This document shows, in pieces, positions 26,814-39,259 of a DNA stretch of 64,000 nt. Both the position numbers and the translations under genes were made by a program. Origin of the DNA: Eledone cirrhosa (taxonomy: Eukaryota); the NCBI GenBank assembly GCA_964016885.1, contig OZ024750.1, positions 27,218,001 to 27,282,000 of the forward strand, read 5' to 3'. Every line of letters starts with the position of its first letter. Positions within the stretch are counted from its first letter, which is position 1. The notes beneath the pieces were generated by a model. That model did no database searches. It was given only the letters and a program-made list of their open reading frames with translations, and was not told where the DNA came from.

Positions 26814-26893
26814 TCACCCGCTGATGAGCAAGAATTGGTATTGCTCTTCACAATTAATATTGCGAAACATCATTATCAAAGCTGTCCGCGTGA
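26814..26893 (+). ncRNA. Type-I hammerhead ribozyme, array unit 4
   Basis: Same motif; predicted cut after 26886. Confidence 0.8.
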
Positions 26894-28377
26894 TTGGAAG
26901 TTACCACAATTCCGGTTCGTATTTACCTTCTTGATTTATTCTTAAATTGAGTCTGGCTACTCTATTGTCTATAGTTAGTATTCTTTTCACCTTAGCGAAT
27001 CTGGTCCCTTGCGATTTGAACACATATATGTATATGTCTGTGTTCGTTTTTGTTTTGTAGAATGGTGTTCCACGAGAACTTGAAATCTATTTTTTTCTTT
27101 TTATAATTATTTAGCGCTTCAGCTAAAGATGTTGTGTTAGCTAGATTAGTATTGTCGAAACTACTAGAGTGTGCGTTAAATCTTTTCTTAAATGTGTTTG
27201 ATGTAGATCCTATGTATGTTTTGTTGACACAGTGCATTTATATATTACATTATTAATCAAACAGCTTCCATTTAAGGGGCAAATGCTTCTATTTCTGCAA
27301 TTACAGTCATACGTAACATGGTTGTTGGGGGTGCTTATACTTTTCTCATTAATCCTTGAACTATTCCTATTGTAATTATTGATAGCAGGAGAATGAAGGT
27401 TGCTTTGTGGGTGGTTTGGTGCTAGGGTTGTATTGTGATTTTGTGTTCTGTTACATTTGTGTGGGATATTTGGGTGGTTGTGTTTTCTAGGTTGAAGGAT
27501 TGTATTATTTGCCTTTTTAAAAGGTGCAGTCCTATTTAAATTATGTTGTGGTGGTGTAGTCATATTATTTTTAAGTTTATAAATGTTGTAGTTGATTATA
27601 TTTTGCTGGAGATTGTTTGATGTAGAGTATGAGAATTTAACAGTATATTTGTTAAATATTTGGTGGTATCTGTGGTTTGGTGGAAAATGTTTATGTAGAA
27701 TTTCAAAGAATTTTTGGGGGATTTGTCCAATAGTTTGCAGGTTGAAGGGTGCGTTGTACCATATTATGTTTCTTTTGCGGTTTTTAGTTAAGTTCTTATA
27801 CCACTTATATTATTGTGTTGTGTTCTCGAATAATTCCTATGTTTAGTATCCTTATTTGTGGAATTTGCTGAATTATCGTGGTTACATTTGGTGTTATTAT
27901 TGGATAGAATATGAGATTTTGAGTGCTTGGAATTCATATGTGGGTTGATAACGTTGGTCATAGATTGTGTAGTAATAGTTGTTGTGGTTTTTCGGTTGTT
28001 TGGTGTAATGGGAATAACCACTTTAGGTATTTGTTTCAATGGTATTTTTTGGAGTTTGTAGTTTTTTGGTAGGTTTTATATTTTGGTCGATTGTAGTGTT
28101 AGGGATATAAGAGAAAATTTATATATACAAATATATACACAACAAAGCCTGCAGCTCCATTATCCGTCGCTGTCACCTCTCCCTCTCTCATTGTCCCTCT
28201 CTCTATGTCCCTCTTTCAATCTACTCTCTTACAACCACTATCTCTTTCTCTCTATCTTTCACTCTCTCTCGTGTCTGTGGGTGTGTGCTGGGTGCAAGTG
28301 TGTGCTTGCAGGTGTGTATGTGCATGTGTGTGTGTGTAAATATGATGTTTAATATAGAAATCTTATATATATTTCAG

Positions 28378-28512
28378 AATGCCGAATAGGAAGGTTTGGT
28401 GTTAATTGTAAAGGGACATGCCTTTGTATCAACAACAAAAACTGTGACCATCGAAATGGAAGTTGTTCAGATGGATGTATTGCAGGTCATACTGGTGACA
28501 ATTGCCAAGAAG
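28378..28512 (+). CDS. Gene 1 EGF exon type A
   Basis: As 20677. Confidence 0.9.
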
Positions 28513-28694
28513 GTATATCATAAACTTGTTACATAATTACTATAATTACTATATACACACACACACACACACAGATATATGTATGTGCATGTGCGTTTGT
28601 GTGAGGGGTGTATGTGGGGGTGGCAGGTGTGTGCGTGCATGTGTTTGTGTGTGTAAATATGATGTTTAATATAGAAATCTTATATATATTTCAG

Positions 28695-28829
28695 AATGCC
28701 AAGCAGGAGAGTTTGGTGTTAATTGTAGAGAGACATGCCATTGTATCAACAAGAAAAACTGTGACACTCGAAATGGAAGTTGTTCAGATGGATGTACTGC
28801 AGGTCATATTGGTGACAATTGCCAAGAAA
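28695..28829 (+). CDS. Gene 1 EGF exon type B
   Basis: As 20994. Confidence 0.88.
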
Positions 28830-28856
28830 GTATATGATATACGTGTTAAGTATTTA

Positions 28857-28898
<42 letters not shown>

Positions 28899-29060
28899 AT
28901 GTATATGTATGCTTGAGATTGTGTGTGTGTGCATGTGCTTCCGTGTGTTTGTGGAAATATGATGTTTAATATAGAAATCGCTTCTACGGGACTAGAATAG
29001 TTTCATTCAAAGAAATCAACGGGAAACGACTTTTGAAAGAAATAGTTCCAATAGTTTTAA

Positions 29061-29109
<49 letters not shown>

Positions 29110-29377
29110 TAACTGAATATAAAAGAAAAACGAACACAGACATTATACATATATGTGTACAGATCGCAATGGAGTTTCTAACTATATATATACCTTTGAT
29201 ATACTCGGCTCCGTTATTTTGTTTAGCTAATTCAAATGTCGAATAAACCCTGCTGCTATTTTTAGTGGTGTAAGTTTGCGATACACGCAAAGTTCGGATA
29301 CCATGGGCGTTTATTATATATACGCACACTATTCCGTTTTTAAAAAAAGTAGAAGTGACTCGGATACTAATAATTCT

Positions 29378-29457
29378 TCACCCGCTGATGAGCAAGAATT
29401 GGTATTGCTCTTCACAATTAATATTGCGAAACATCATTATCAAAGCTGTCCGCGTGA
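29378..29457 (+). ncRNA. Type-I hammerhead ribozyme, array unit 5
   Basis: Same motif; predicted cut after 29450. Confidence 0.8.
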
Positions 29458-30941
29458 TTGGAAGTTACCACAATTCCGGTTCGTATTTACCTTCTTGATT
29501 TATTCTTAAATTGAGTCTGGCTACTCTATTGTCTATAGTTAGTATTCTTTTCACCTTAGCGAATCTGGTCCCTTGCGATTTGAACACATATATGTATATG
29601 TCTGTGTTCGTTTTTGTTTTGTAGAATGGTGTTCCACGAGAACTTGAAATCTATTTTTTTCTTTTTATAATTATTTAGCGCTTCAGCTAAAGATGTTGTG
29701 TTAGCTAGATTAGTATTGTCGAAACTACTAGAGTGTGCGTTAAATCTTTTCTTAAATGTGTTTGATGTAGATCCTATGTATGTTTTGTTGACACAGTGCA
29801 TTTATATATTACATTATTAATCAAACAGCTTCCATTTAAGGGGCAAATGCTTCTATTTCTGCAATTACAGTCATACGTAACATGGTTGTTGGGGGTGCTT
29901 ATACTTTTCTCATTAATCCTTGAACTATTCCTATTGTAATTATTGATAGCAGGAGAATGAAGGTTGCTTTGTGGGTGGTTTGGTGCTAGGGTTGTATTGT
30001 GATTTTGTGTTCTGTTACATTTGTGTGGGATATTTGGGTGGTTGTGTTTTCTAGGTTGAAGGATTGTATTATTTGCCTTTTTAAAAGGTGCAGTCCTATT
30101 TAAATTATGTTGTGGTGGTGTAGTCATATTATTTTTAAGTTTATAAATGTTGTAGTTGATTATATTTTGCTGGAGATTGTTTGATGTAGAGTATGAGAAT
30201 TTAACAGTATATTTGTTAAATATTTGGTGGTATCTGTGGTTTGGTGGAAAATGTTTATGTAGAATTTCAAAGAATTTTTGGGGGATTTGTCCAATAGTTT
30301 GCAGGTTGAAGGGTGCGTTGTACCATATTATGTTTCTTTTGCGGTTTTTAGTTAAGTTCTTATACCACTTATATTATTGTGTTGTGTTCTCGAATAATTC
30401 CTATGTTTAGTATCCTTATTTGTGGAATTTGCTGAATTATCGTGGTTACATTTGGTGTTATTATTGGATAGAATATGAGATTTTGAGTGCTTGGAATTCA
30501 TATGTGGGTTGATAACGTTGGTCATAGATTGTGTAGTAATAGTTGTTGTGGTTTTTCGGTTGTTTGGTGTAATGGGAATAACCACTTTAGGTATTTGTTT
30601 CAATGGTATTTTTTGGAGTTTGTAGTTTTTTGGTAGGTTTTATATTTTGGTCGATTGTAGTGTTAGGGATATAAGAGAAAATTTATATATACAAATATAT
30701 ACACAACAAAGCCTGCAGCTCCATTATCCGTCGCTGTCACCTCTCCCTCTCTCATTGTCCCTCTCTCTATGTCCCTCTTTCAATCTACTCTCTTACAACC
30801 ACTATCTCTTTCTCTCTATCTTTCACTCTCTCTCGTGTCTGTGGGTGTGTGCTGGGTGCAAGTGTGTGCTTGCAGGTGTGTATGTGCATGTGTGTGTGTG
30901 TAAATATGATGTTTAATATAGAAATCTTATATATATTTCAG

Positions 30942-31076
30942 AATGCCGAATAGGAAGGTTTGGTGTTAATTGTAAAGGGACATGCCTTTGTATCAACAAC
31001 AAAAACTGTGACCATCGAAATGGAAGTTGTTCAGATGGATGTATTGCAGGTCATACTGGTGACAATTGCCAAGAAG
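30942..31076 (+). CDS. Gene 1 EGF exon type A
   Basis: As 20677. Confidence 0.9.
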
Positions 31077-31252
31077 GTATATCATAAACTTGTTACATAA
31101 TTACTATAATTACTATATACACACACACACACAGATATATGTATGTGCATGTGCGTTTGTGTGAGGGGTGTATGTGGGGGTGGCAGGTGTGTGCGTGCAT
31201 GTGTTTGTGTGTGTAAATATGATGTTTAATATAGAAATCATATATATTTCAG

Positions 31253-31387
31253 AATGCCAAGCAGGAGAGTTTGGTGTTAATTGTAGAGAGACATGCCATT
31301 GTATCAACAAGAAAAACTGTGACACTCGAAATGGAAGTTGTTCAGATGGATGTACTGCAGGTCATATTGGTGACAATTGCCAAGAAA
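31253..31387 (+). CDS. Gene 1 EGF exon type B
   Basis: As 20994; visible in ORF 31168..31395. Confidence 0.88.
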
Positions 31388-31414
31388 GTATATGATATAT
31401 GTGTTAAGTATTTA

Positions 31415-31458
<44 letters not shown>

Positions 31459-31620
31459 ATGTATATGTATGCTTGAGATTGTGTGTGTGTGCATGTGCTT
31501 CCGTGTGTTTGTGGAAATATGATGTTTAATATAGAAATCGCTTCTACGGGACTAGAATAGTTTCATTCAAAGAAATCAACGGGAAACGACTTTTGAAAGA
31601 AATAGTTCCAATAGTTTTAA

Positions 31621-31667
<47 letters not shown>

Positions 31668-31935
31668 TAACTGAATATAAAAGAAAAACGAACACAGACA
31701 TTATACATATATGTGTACAGATCGCAATGGAGTTTCTAACTATATATATACCTTTGATATACTCGGCTCCGTTATTTTGTTTAGCTAATTCAAATGTCGA
31801 ATAAACCCTGCTGCTATTTTTAGTGGTGTAAGTTTGCGATACACGCAAAGTTCGGATACCATGGGCGTTTATTATATATACGCACACTATTCCGTTTTTA
31901 AAAAAAGTAGAAGTGACTCGGATACTAATAATTCT

Positions 31936-32015
31936 TCACCCGCTGATGAGCAAGAATTGGTATTGCTCTTCACAATTAATATTGCGAAACATCATTATCA
32001 AAGCTGTCCGCGTGA
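31936..32015 (+). ncRNA. Type-I hammerhead ribozyme, array unit 6
   Basis: Same motif; predicted cut after 32008. Confidence 0.8.
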
Positions 32016-33500
32016 TTGGAAGTTACCACAATTCCGGTTCGTATTTACCTTCTTGATTTATTCTTAAATTGAGTCTGGCATACTCTATTGTCTATAGTTA
32101 GTATTCTTTTCACCTTAGCGAATCTGGTCCCTTGCGATTTGAACACATATATGTATATGTCTGTGTTCGTTTTTGTTTTGTAGAATGGTGTTCCACGAGA
32201 ACTTGAAATCTATTTTTTTCTTTTTATAATTATTTAGCGCTTCAGCTAAAGATGTTGTGTTAGCTAGATTAGTATTGTCGAAACTACTAGAGTGTGCGTT
32301 AAATCTTTTCTTAAATGTGTTTGATGTAGATCCTATGTATGTTTTGTTGACACAGTGCATTTATATATTACATTATTAATCAAACAGCTTCCATTTAAGG
32401 GGCAAATGCTTCTATTTCTGCAATTACAGTCATACGTAACATGGTTGTTGGGGGTGCTTATACTTTTCTCATTAATCCTTGAACTATTCCTATTGTAATT
32501 ATTGATAGCAGGAGAATGAAGGTTGCTTTGTGGGTGGTTTGGTGCTAGGGTTGTATTGTGATTTTGTGTTCTGTTACATTTGTGTGGGATATTTGGGTGG
32601 TTGTGTTTTCTAGGTTGAAGGATTGTATTATTTGCCTTTTTAAAAGGTGCAGTCCTATTTAAATTATGTTGTGGTGGTGTAGTCATATTATTTTTAAGTT
32701 TATAAATGTTGTAGTTGATTATATTTTGCTGGAGATTGTTTGATGTAGAGTATGAGAATTTAACAGTATATTTGTTAAATATTTGGTGGTATCTGTGGTT
32801 TGGTGGAAAATGTTTATGTAGAATTTCAAAGAATTTTTGGGGGATTTGTCCAATAGTTTGCAGGTTGAAGGGTGCGTTGTACCATATTATGTTTCTTTTG
32901 CGGTTTTTAGTTAAGTTCTTATACCACTTATATTATTGTGTTGTGTTCTCGAATAATTCCTATGTTTAGTATCCTTATTTGTGGAATTTGCTGAATTATC
33001 GTGGTTACATTTGGTGTTATTATTGGATAGAATATGAGATTTTGAGTGCTTGGAATTCATATGTGGGTTGATAACGTTGGTCATAGATTGTGTAGTAATA
33101 GTTGTTGTGGTTTTTCGGTTGTTTGGTGTAATGGGAATAACCACTTTAGGTATTTGTTTCAATGGTATTTTTTGGAGTTTGTAGTTTTTTGGTAGGTTTT
33201 ATATTTTGGTCCATAGTAGTGTTAGGGATATAAGAGAAAATTTATATATACAAATATATACACAACAAAGCCTGCAGCTCCATTATCCGTCGCTGTCACC
33301 TCTCCCTCTCTCATTGTCCCTCTCTCTATGTCCCTCTTTCAATCTACTCTCTTACAACCACTATCTCTTTCTCTCTATCTTTCACTCTCTCTCGTGTCTG
33401 TGGGTGTGTGCTGGGTGCAAGTGTGTGCTTGCAGGTGTGTATGTGCATGTGTGTGTGTGTAAATATGATGTTTAATATAGAAATCTTATATATATTTCAG

Positions 33501-33635
33501 AATGCCGAATAGGAAGGTTTGGTGTTAATTGTAAAGGGACATGCCTTTGTATCAACAACAAAAACTGTGACCATCGAAATGGAAGTTGTTCAGATGGATG
33601 TATTGCAGGTCATACTGGTGACAATTGCCAAGAAA
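33501..33635 (+). CDS. Gene 1 EGF exon, A body with B-type donor (hybrid)
   Basis: A coding sequence ending GAA A|gtatatgatatacgt, as in the B exons. Confidence 0.88.
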
Positions 33636-33662
33636 GTATATGATATACGTGTTAAGTATTTA

Positions 33663-33702
<40 letters not shown>

Positions 33703-34163
33703 ATGTATATGTATGCTTGAGATTGTGTGTGTGTGTGCATGTGCTTCCGTGTGTTTGTGGAAATATGATGTTTAATATAGAAATCGCTTCTACGGGACTA
33801 GAATAGTTTCATTCAAAGAAATCAACAGGAAACGACTTTTGAATGAAATAGTTCCAATAGTTCTAAATGTATATATATATATATATATATAATTATAACT
33901 GAATATAAAAGAAAAACGAACACAGACATTATACATATATGTGTACAGATCGCAATGGAGTTTCTAACTATATATATACCTTTGATATACTCGGCTCCGT
34001 TATTTTGTTTAGCTAATTCAAATGTCGAATAAACCCTGCTGCTATTTTTAGTGTTGTAAGTTTGCGATACACGCAAAGTTCGGATACCATGGGCGTTTAT
34101 TATATATACGCACACTATTCCGTTTTTAAAAAAAGTAGAAGTGACTCGGATACTAATAATTCT

Positions 34164-34243
34164 TCACCCGCTGATGAGCAAGAATTGGTATTGCTCTTCA
34201 CAATTAATATTGCGAAACATCATTATCAAAGCTGTCCGCGTGA
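34164..34243 (+). ncRNA. Type-I hammerhead ribozyme, array unit 7
   Basis: Same motif; predicted cut after 34236; the carrier element is complete here with inverted ends at ~33892-33955 and ~34362-34427. Confidence 0.8.
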
Positions 34244-34539
34244 TTGGAAGTTACCACAATTCCGGTTCGTATTTACCTTCTTGATTTATTCTTAAATTGA
34301 GTCTGGCATACTCTATTGTCTATAGTTAGTATTCTTTTCACCTTAGCGAATCTGGTCCAGTGCTATTTGAACACATATATGTATATGTCTCTGTTCGTTT
34401 TTTTTTTCTTTTATATTCAGTTATAATGTACGGCTCGGAAAAATCTCTTTCCTAGCGTTATTTTATTGTAAGAGACAATTTTGGGTTTCTAACTCAATAT
34501 ATACATTTGATATATATATGTATGTATATATATAAATAC

Positions 34540-34613
<74 letters not shown>

Positions 34614-35353
34614 AAACAGGAGAAGAAAGAATACTGCGTGGTTGCACATTGGTTACATATGATAAAAATAGTCCTTCATCGGTGATTTTCCAACCTTCAT
34701 TGGTATTTCATCACTTTAAAAATCATATACCTCCAGTTAGTGCGAGCAATAGCTAAATAAAGCTAATGGGACAAGTAAATCGCGTAAAGCGAGCGAGACA
34801 GTAAACAAACATAGAAGGAGAGCAACGCAAAGATAGGAAAAAACAAGCACACGGGAGTCCGATCAGCTTTAGCTGTGTGGATTTCATGGGCGAGAGACTA
34901 CAGACCGTCCGACGCGAGTGAGGTGTGAGCAGAAAAGACCCCCACTACAGGCCAAACGGGAGGAAGTGAGAAGGGGAGAAGCAGAGAGTGAGTGAGTGGA
35001 AGTTCGAGGAAGAGGCCAGTCGAGAGACAGTGTAACTGACAGAGGGGGCAAAAGAGGTTGAGAGAAACAGAGCTATCAGGGAAGCAGTTAGAGAAAAACA
35101 GACAAACACAGTTGGGGAAAATATATATAAAAAACATGAGAAGAAAGAACACTGCGTGTTTGCACATGGGTTACATATGATAAAAATAGTCCTACATATG
35201 ATAAAAACAGTCCGACATATATATATAAGAAATATGGGGAGAAGAATACTGCATGGTTGCACATGGATTACATGTTATAAAATGAGTCCCTCATCAGTGA
35301 TTTGCCAACGATCATTGGTATTTCATCGCATTAAAAATCATATAGATATATAC

Positions 35354-35457
<104 letters not shown>

Positions 35458-35618
35458 CGAGAGAGAGAGAGCAAGAATGAAGTGTTCATTCTAATGATAT
35501 GGCTATGAAATTGAGGCTTGTTTGCATAATTGCAAACTAATCGATTGTTACTATTAATATTCGACAAACTCAGATTACATTCATATGCATACTTATATAT
35601 ATATATATATATATATAC

Positions 35619-35695
<77 letters not shown>

Positions 35696-35806
35696 TGAGG
35701 CTTGTTTGCATACTTGCAAGCGAATCGAATATTATTATTAATATTCGATAAACTCAGAGTACATTTATATACATATATATATATGTATATAGATATATAT
35801 ACACAA

Positions 35807-36876
35807 ACTGCAACGTCACAGTTCTTAGCCATTTTGAATTCGTTTCTGGCTGGGATCACTTAAGAAAATTCTTTGTCCAAATGAGTTTGTCTCCTGTTGA
35901 GTTCGAAGCTCGAGAATTTATCCTTGGTAGGATATTTCCGAAAGCGACGAAACCCTAAGGGTAGAAACATAATCCTGGTATGTGTATATGCATTTTTTCT
36001 TCTAACTCTAATTTTATACCTAATTGTGTATAGTTGACGGTATATTTAAACGATTTCCACATGCTATTGAAATGTTGGGTAAATGTTCTATAGCGGTTGA
36101 TCGCGAATAAATTGCTGTCGTTTATTTATCTACTATTTCTTCATATGTGCCTTTTAATCTTATAGCCCGGTTTAATTGTTTTTATGTGTTGTTGATTATG
36201 CTAATTGGGACAGGAAATGGTGTATATATATTATCAAATGATTCTATGGACATACTTTATAGCATATTACTCTGATGACTTTGTCTAGTTTGTGTATATG
36301 TAAATCTTTATATTTGATAATCTCCTATAAGGTTGAGATGCAATTTGGGCAATATTGGACTGCGCTTTCTAGCAACCAGCCCACTCGCCGTAACCCAACA
36401 ATCACATTATTTCTGACTTGACCACTGCCACGTCACAATTCTTAGCCATTTTGAATTCGTTTCTGGCTGGGGTCACTAAAAGAAAATTCTTTGTCCAAAT
36501 GAGTGTGTTTCCTGATGAGTTCGAAGCTCGAGAATTTACCCTTGATAGGATATTTCCGAAAGCCAACGAAACGCTAAGGGTAGAAACTTAATCCTGGTAT
36601 GTGTATACGCATTTTTTCTTCTAACTTTAATTTCATACCTAATTGTGTATGGTTGACGGTATATTTAATCGATTTCCACGTGCTATTGAAATGTTGGGTA
36701 AATATTCTATAGCGGTTGATCGCGAATAGATGGCTGTCCTTTATTTATCTACTATTTCTTCATAGGTGCCTTTTAATCTTATAGCCTGGTTTAATTGGTT
36801 TTTTGTGTGGTTGATTATGCTAATTGGGATAGGAAATGGTGTATATATATTATCAAATGATTCTATGGACATACTT
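35807..36876 (+). mobile_element. Retrozyme/PLE-like partial tandem: ~450-bp direct repeats, each with a hammerhead
   Basis: Repeats at 35807-36257 and 36424-36876; motifs at 35889-35968 (CTGTTGA, mutated) and 36507-36587 (gtttc-CTGATGA-gtt..aac-GAAA-c..GTA|gaaac). Confidence 0.7.
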
Positions 36877-37028
36877 CATAATATATACATATATATATAT
36901 ATTCAGTAATTAGGAGTATTCCAAAGCTTGGTAGAACAAGTTGTCAGGAAAGTTATCAACATACGTTAAGGTGACTCGACAGGTTGGTAGGGATTCTGTA
37001 GTGGAAACACGAACAAACGAGGAGTGTA

Positions 37029-37360
37029 ATCAAAAAAGAGAAATAGGACGAAGGTAAACAGTTACAAAGGATTTAATCCAAGTATTAACAATTATTTCAT
37101 CAGAATTTCAGTCCATTATTGCTACACTATGTGATAATAGGCAATCAAGAAAGATACTGTGACATCCGAATTTTCAAAATACAAAGTTGGAATGCATTCC
37201 AACTTTGTATTTTGAAAATTCGGATGTCACAGTATCTTTCTTGATTGCCTATTATCACATAGTGTAGCAATAATGGACTGAAATTCTGATGAAATAATTG
37301 TTAATACTTGGATTAAATCCTTTGTAACTGTTTACCTTCGTCCTATTTCTCTTTTTTGAT
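37029..37360. repeat. 332-bp spacerless palindrome (166-bp arms)
   Basis: Centre ggaatg|cattcc at 37194/37195; no mismatch seen by eye. Confidence 0.9.
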
Positions 37361-37689
37361 ATATATATATATATATGGAAAAGAATGAAACCAAATGTCA
37401 TTTCTCACTCTTAGTACGGCTGATACTTAAATATAAGTATGTATACGTACATACATATATGTGTAAAGAGGCACAGTAGTATGTATATATACATACATGC
37501 ACTCATATATGTATATATATACGCATGGGTTTACCGAACATTTATTATAATGTTCGGTTCGTTTGTAAACAAACAGCCCGAATTACGCCGCACAGTGCTC
37601 GGCAACCATCGTCGACCTTTTGTTCAACACTGACACAGGTCCGTTACCTGAGCTGAGTCTGATGATCCCATAGTTATGTCGAAATTATT

Positions 37690-38085
37690 ATTTCTATCTG
37701 CCCTAGTCCAGAGTTGGTTATTAAATTCTATCAATATTTTCCTTGCCGATAATATAATGTGATTTCATTGCTAGTTAGGTCAGTATGTTTAAATGCGTAA
37801 TTTAGTGCCTTATTCAGTAGATTAGGAGGGATAGATGAATAGTAGTTAGCAATATCCAGCTGAATAAACTTATTATTATAGTTATATTTAATTTCTTTAA
37901 ACCAATCAATAACCTCACTAGTCCCTTTCCATAATTTTAAGTTAGATAAATTAGGTAAGTTTATAATTTGTTGTATTACCCTGTCTAGAATATTTTTGCT
38001 AAGTTTTCCCAAGACGAGTGCTTTATATCAGTTATAAAAATATTTACTTGTTGTATCCCAACAACTTTAAATAGAACTTTTGCAT
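37690..38085 (-). mobile_element. Penelope-like RT fragment
   Basis: ORF 37731..38012 GKLSKNILD..LWKGTSEVIDWF..FIQLDIANYYSSI; the right end matches 8959-9025. Confidence 0.7.
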
Positions 38086-38450
38086 ATATATATATATATA
38101 TGTATATATTGTTATTCTTTGGGATGGTCATTTTGCCAATAAGATGGCGTAGGACAGAACAAAGGAGAGGCACAAAAATAAAGAAAAGAATCCCCAGTCA
38201 CTAAAGAGGTCATAGAATGTGTGACGAAAGAACTTTGACAATATACGAACAACCGCTCGGTTGTGGAGTCAACCAACCAACCGGAAATATATAAATTCTT
38301 AAATTTATAAATTTTATTTATAATAAATTGGAGTGAATGCATTGGTGCGTGTGTTCCTTATTGGTAACATGACCCTCCCAAAGCAAAACAATATCGGTTT
38401 CAACACACGTTTTCAGATAAATAATCTTGCTAAACAAATTCAGAAACGAA

Positions 38451-38613
<163 letters not shown>

Positions 38614-38803
38614 TAGATATATATATAGATAGATAGATTTTGAGTTTATGTTGGTTGTATACCAACACCACAGTATGCAGGCTGGAGCACTCGACGAAGT
38701 GCGCAGGTTGGTTTGGTTACTCCGGAGTAGTGTAAAATAAAGTTAAATAAAAGTCAAATGATAAAAATTTAGCTTCGTTTATTACTGCTATATATATTTC
38801 AGT

Positions 38804-38858
<55 letters not shown>

Positions 38859-39193
38859 TATTTTCCGTTGTGTTGTAATATAAATATTACACACAGTAGA
38901 TTATCAGCTCACGTAGAGTTTGCTCGACGGTTCCAGTTGTAGTTCCAAAAGTAATCCGGAGAAAAATAGAACATACTAATAATGAAAAGATATGCTGATG
39001 AGAATAGGTACAAATATGCGATAATGAATGTGTCTAAAAACGTCCATAAGTATGTGTATATATGTGAAAATGTATATAAATAAGTAAATATATATATATG
39101 TTTGATGTGTATAGTTAGATGTAAGTGTATTCATGTATTAAAGTGCTTATATATATATATATATGTATATGTGTGTATGTGTGTGTATGTGTA

Positions 39194-39259
<66 letters not shown>

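Larger units (their letters stand above)
17721..34427 (+). repeat. Tandem array: 7 exon-bearing units separated by 6 Penelope fragments, period ~2560-2570 bp
   Basis: First-exon starts at 17980, 20677, 23244, 25808, 28378, 30942, 33501; repeated ORF sets in the track; unit 1 is diverged and unit 7 has one exon. Confidence 0.97.

Noticed and set aside
17721-34427. CRISPR-like or Dscam-like mutually exclusive exon array
   Set aside because: There is no short-repeat/unique-spacer pattern and no cas genes. Exon copies are identical within type and symmetric, and no docking/selector sequences were seen; tandem inclusion is the simpler reading.
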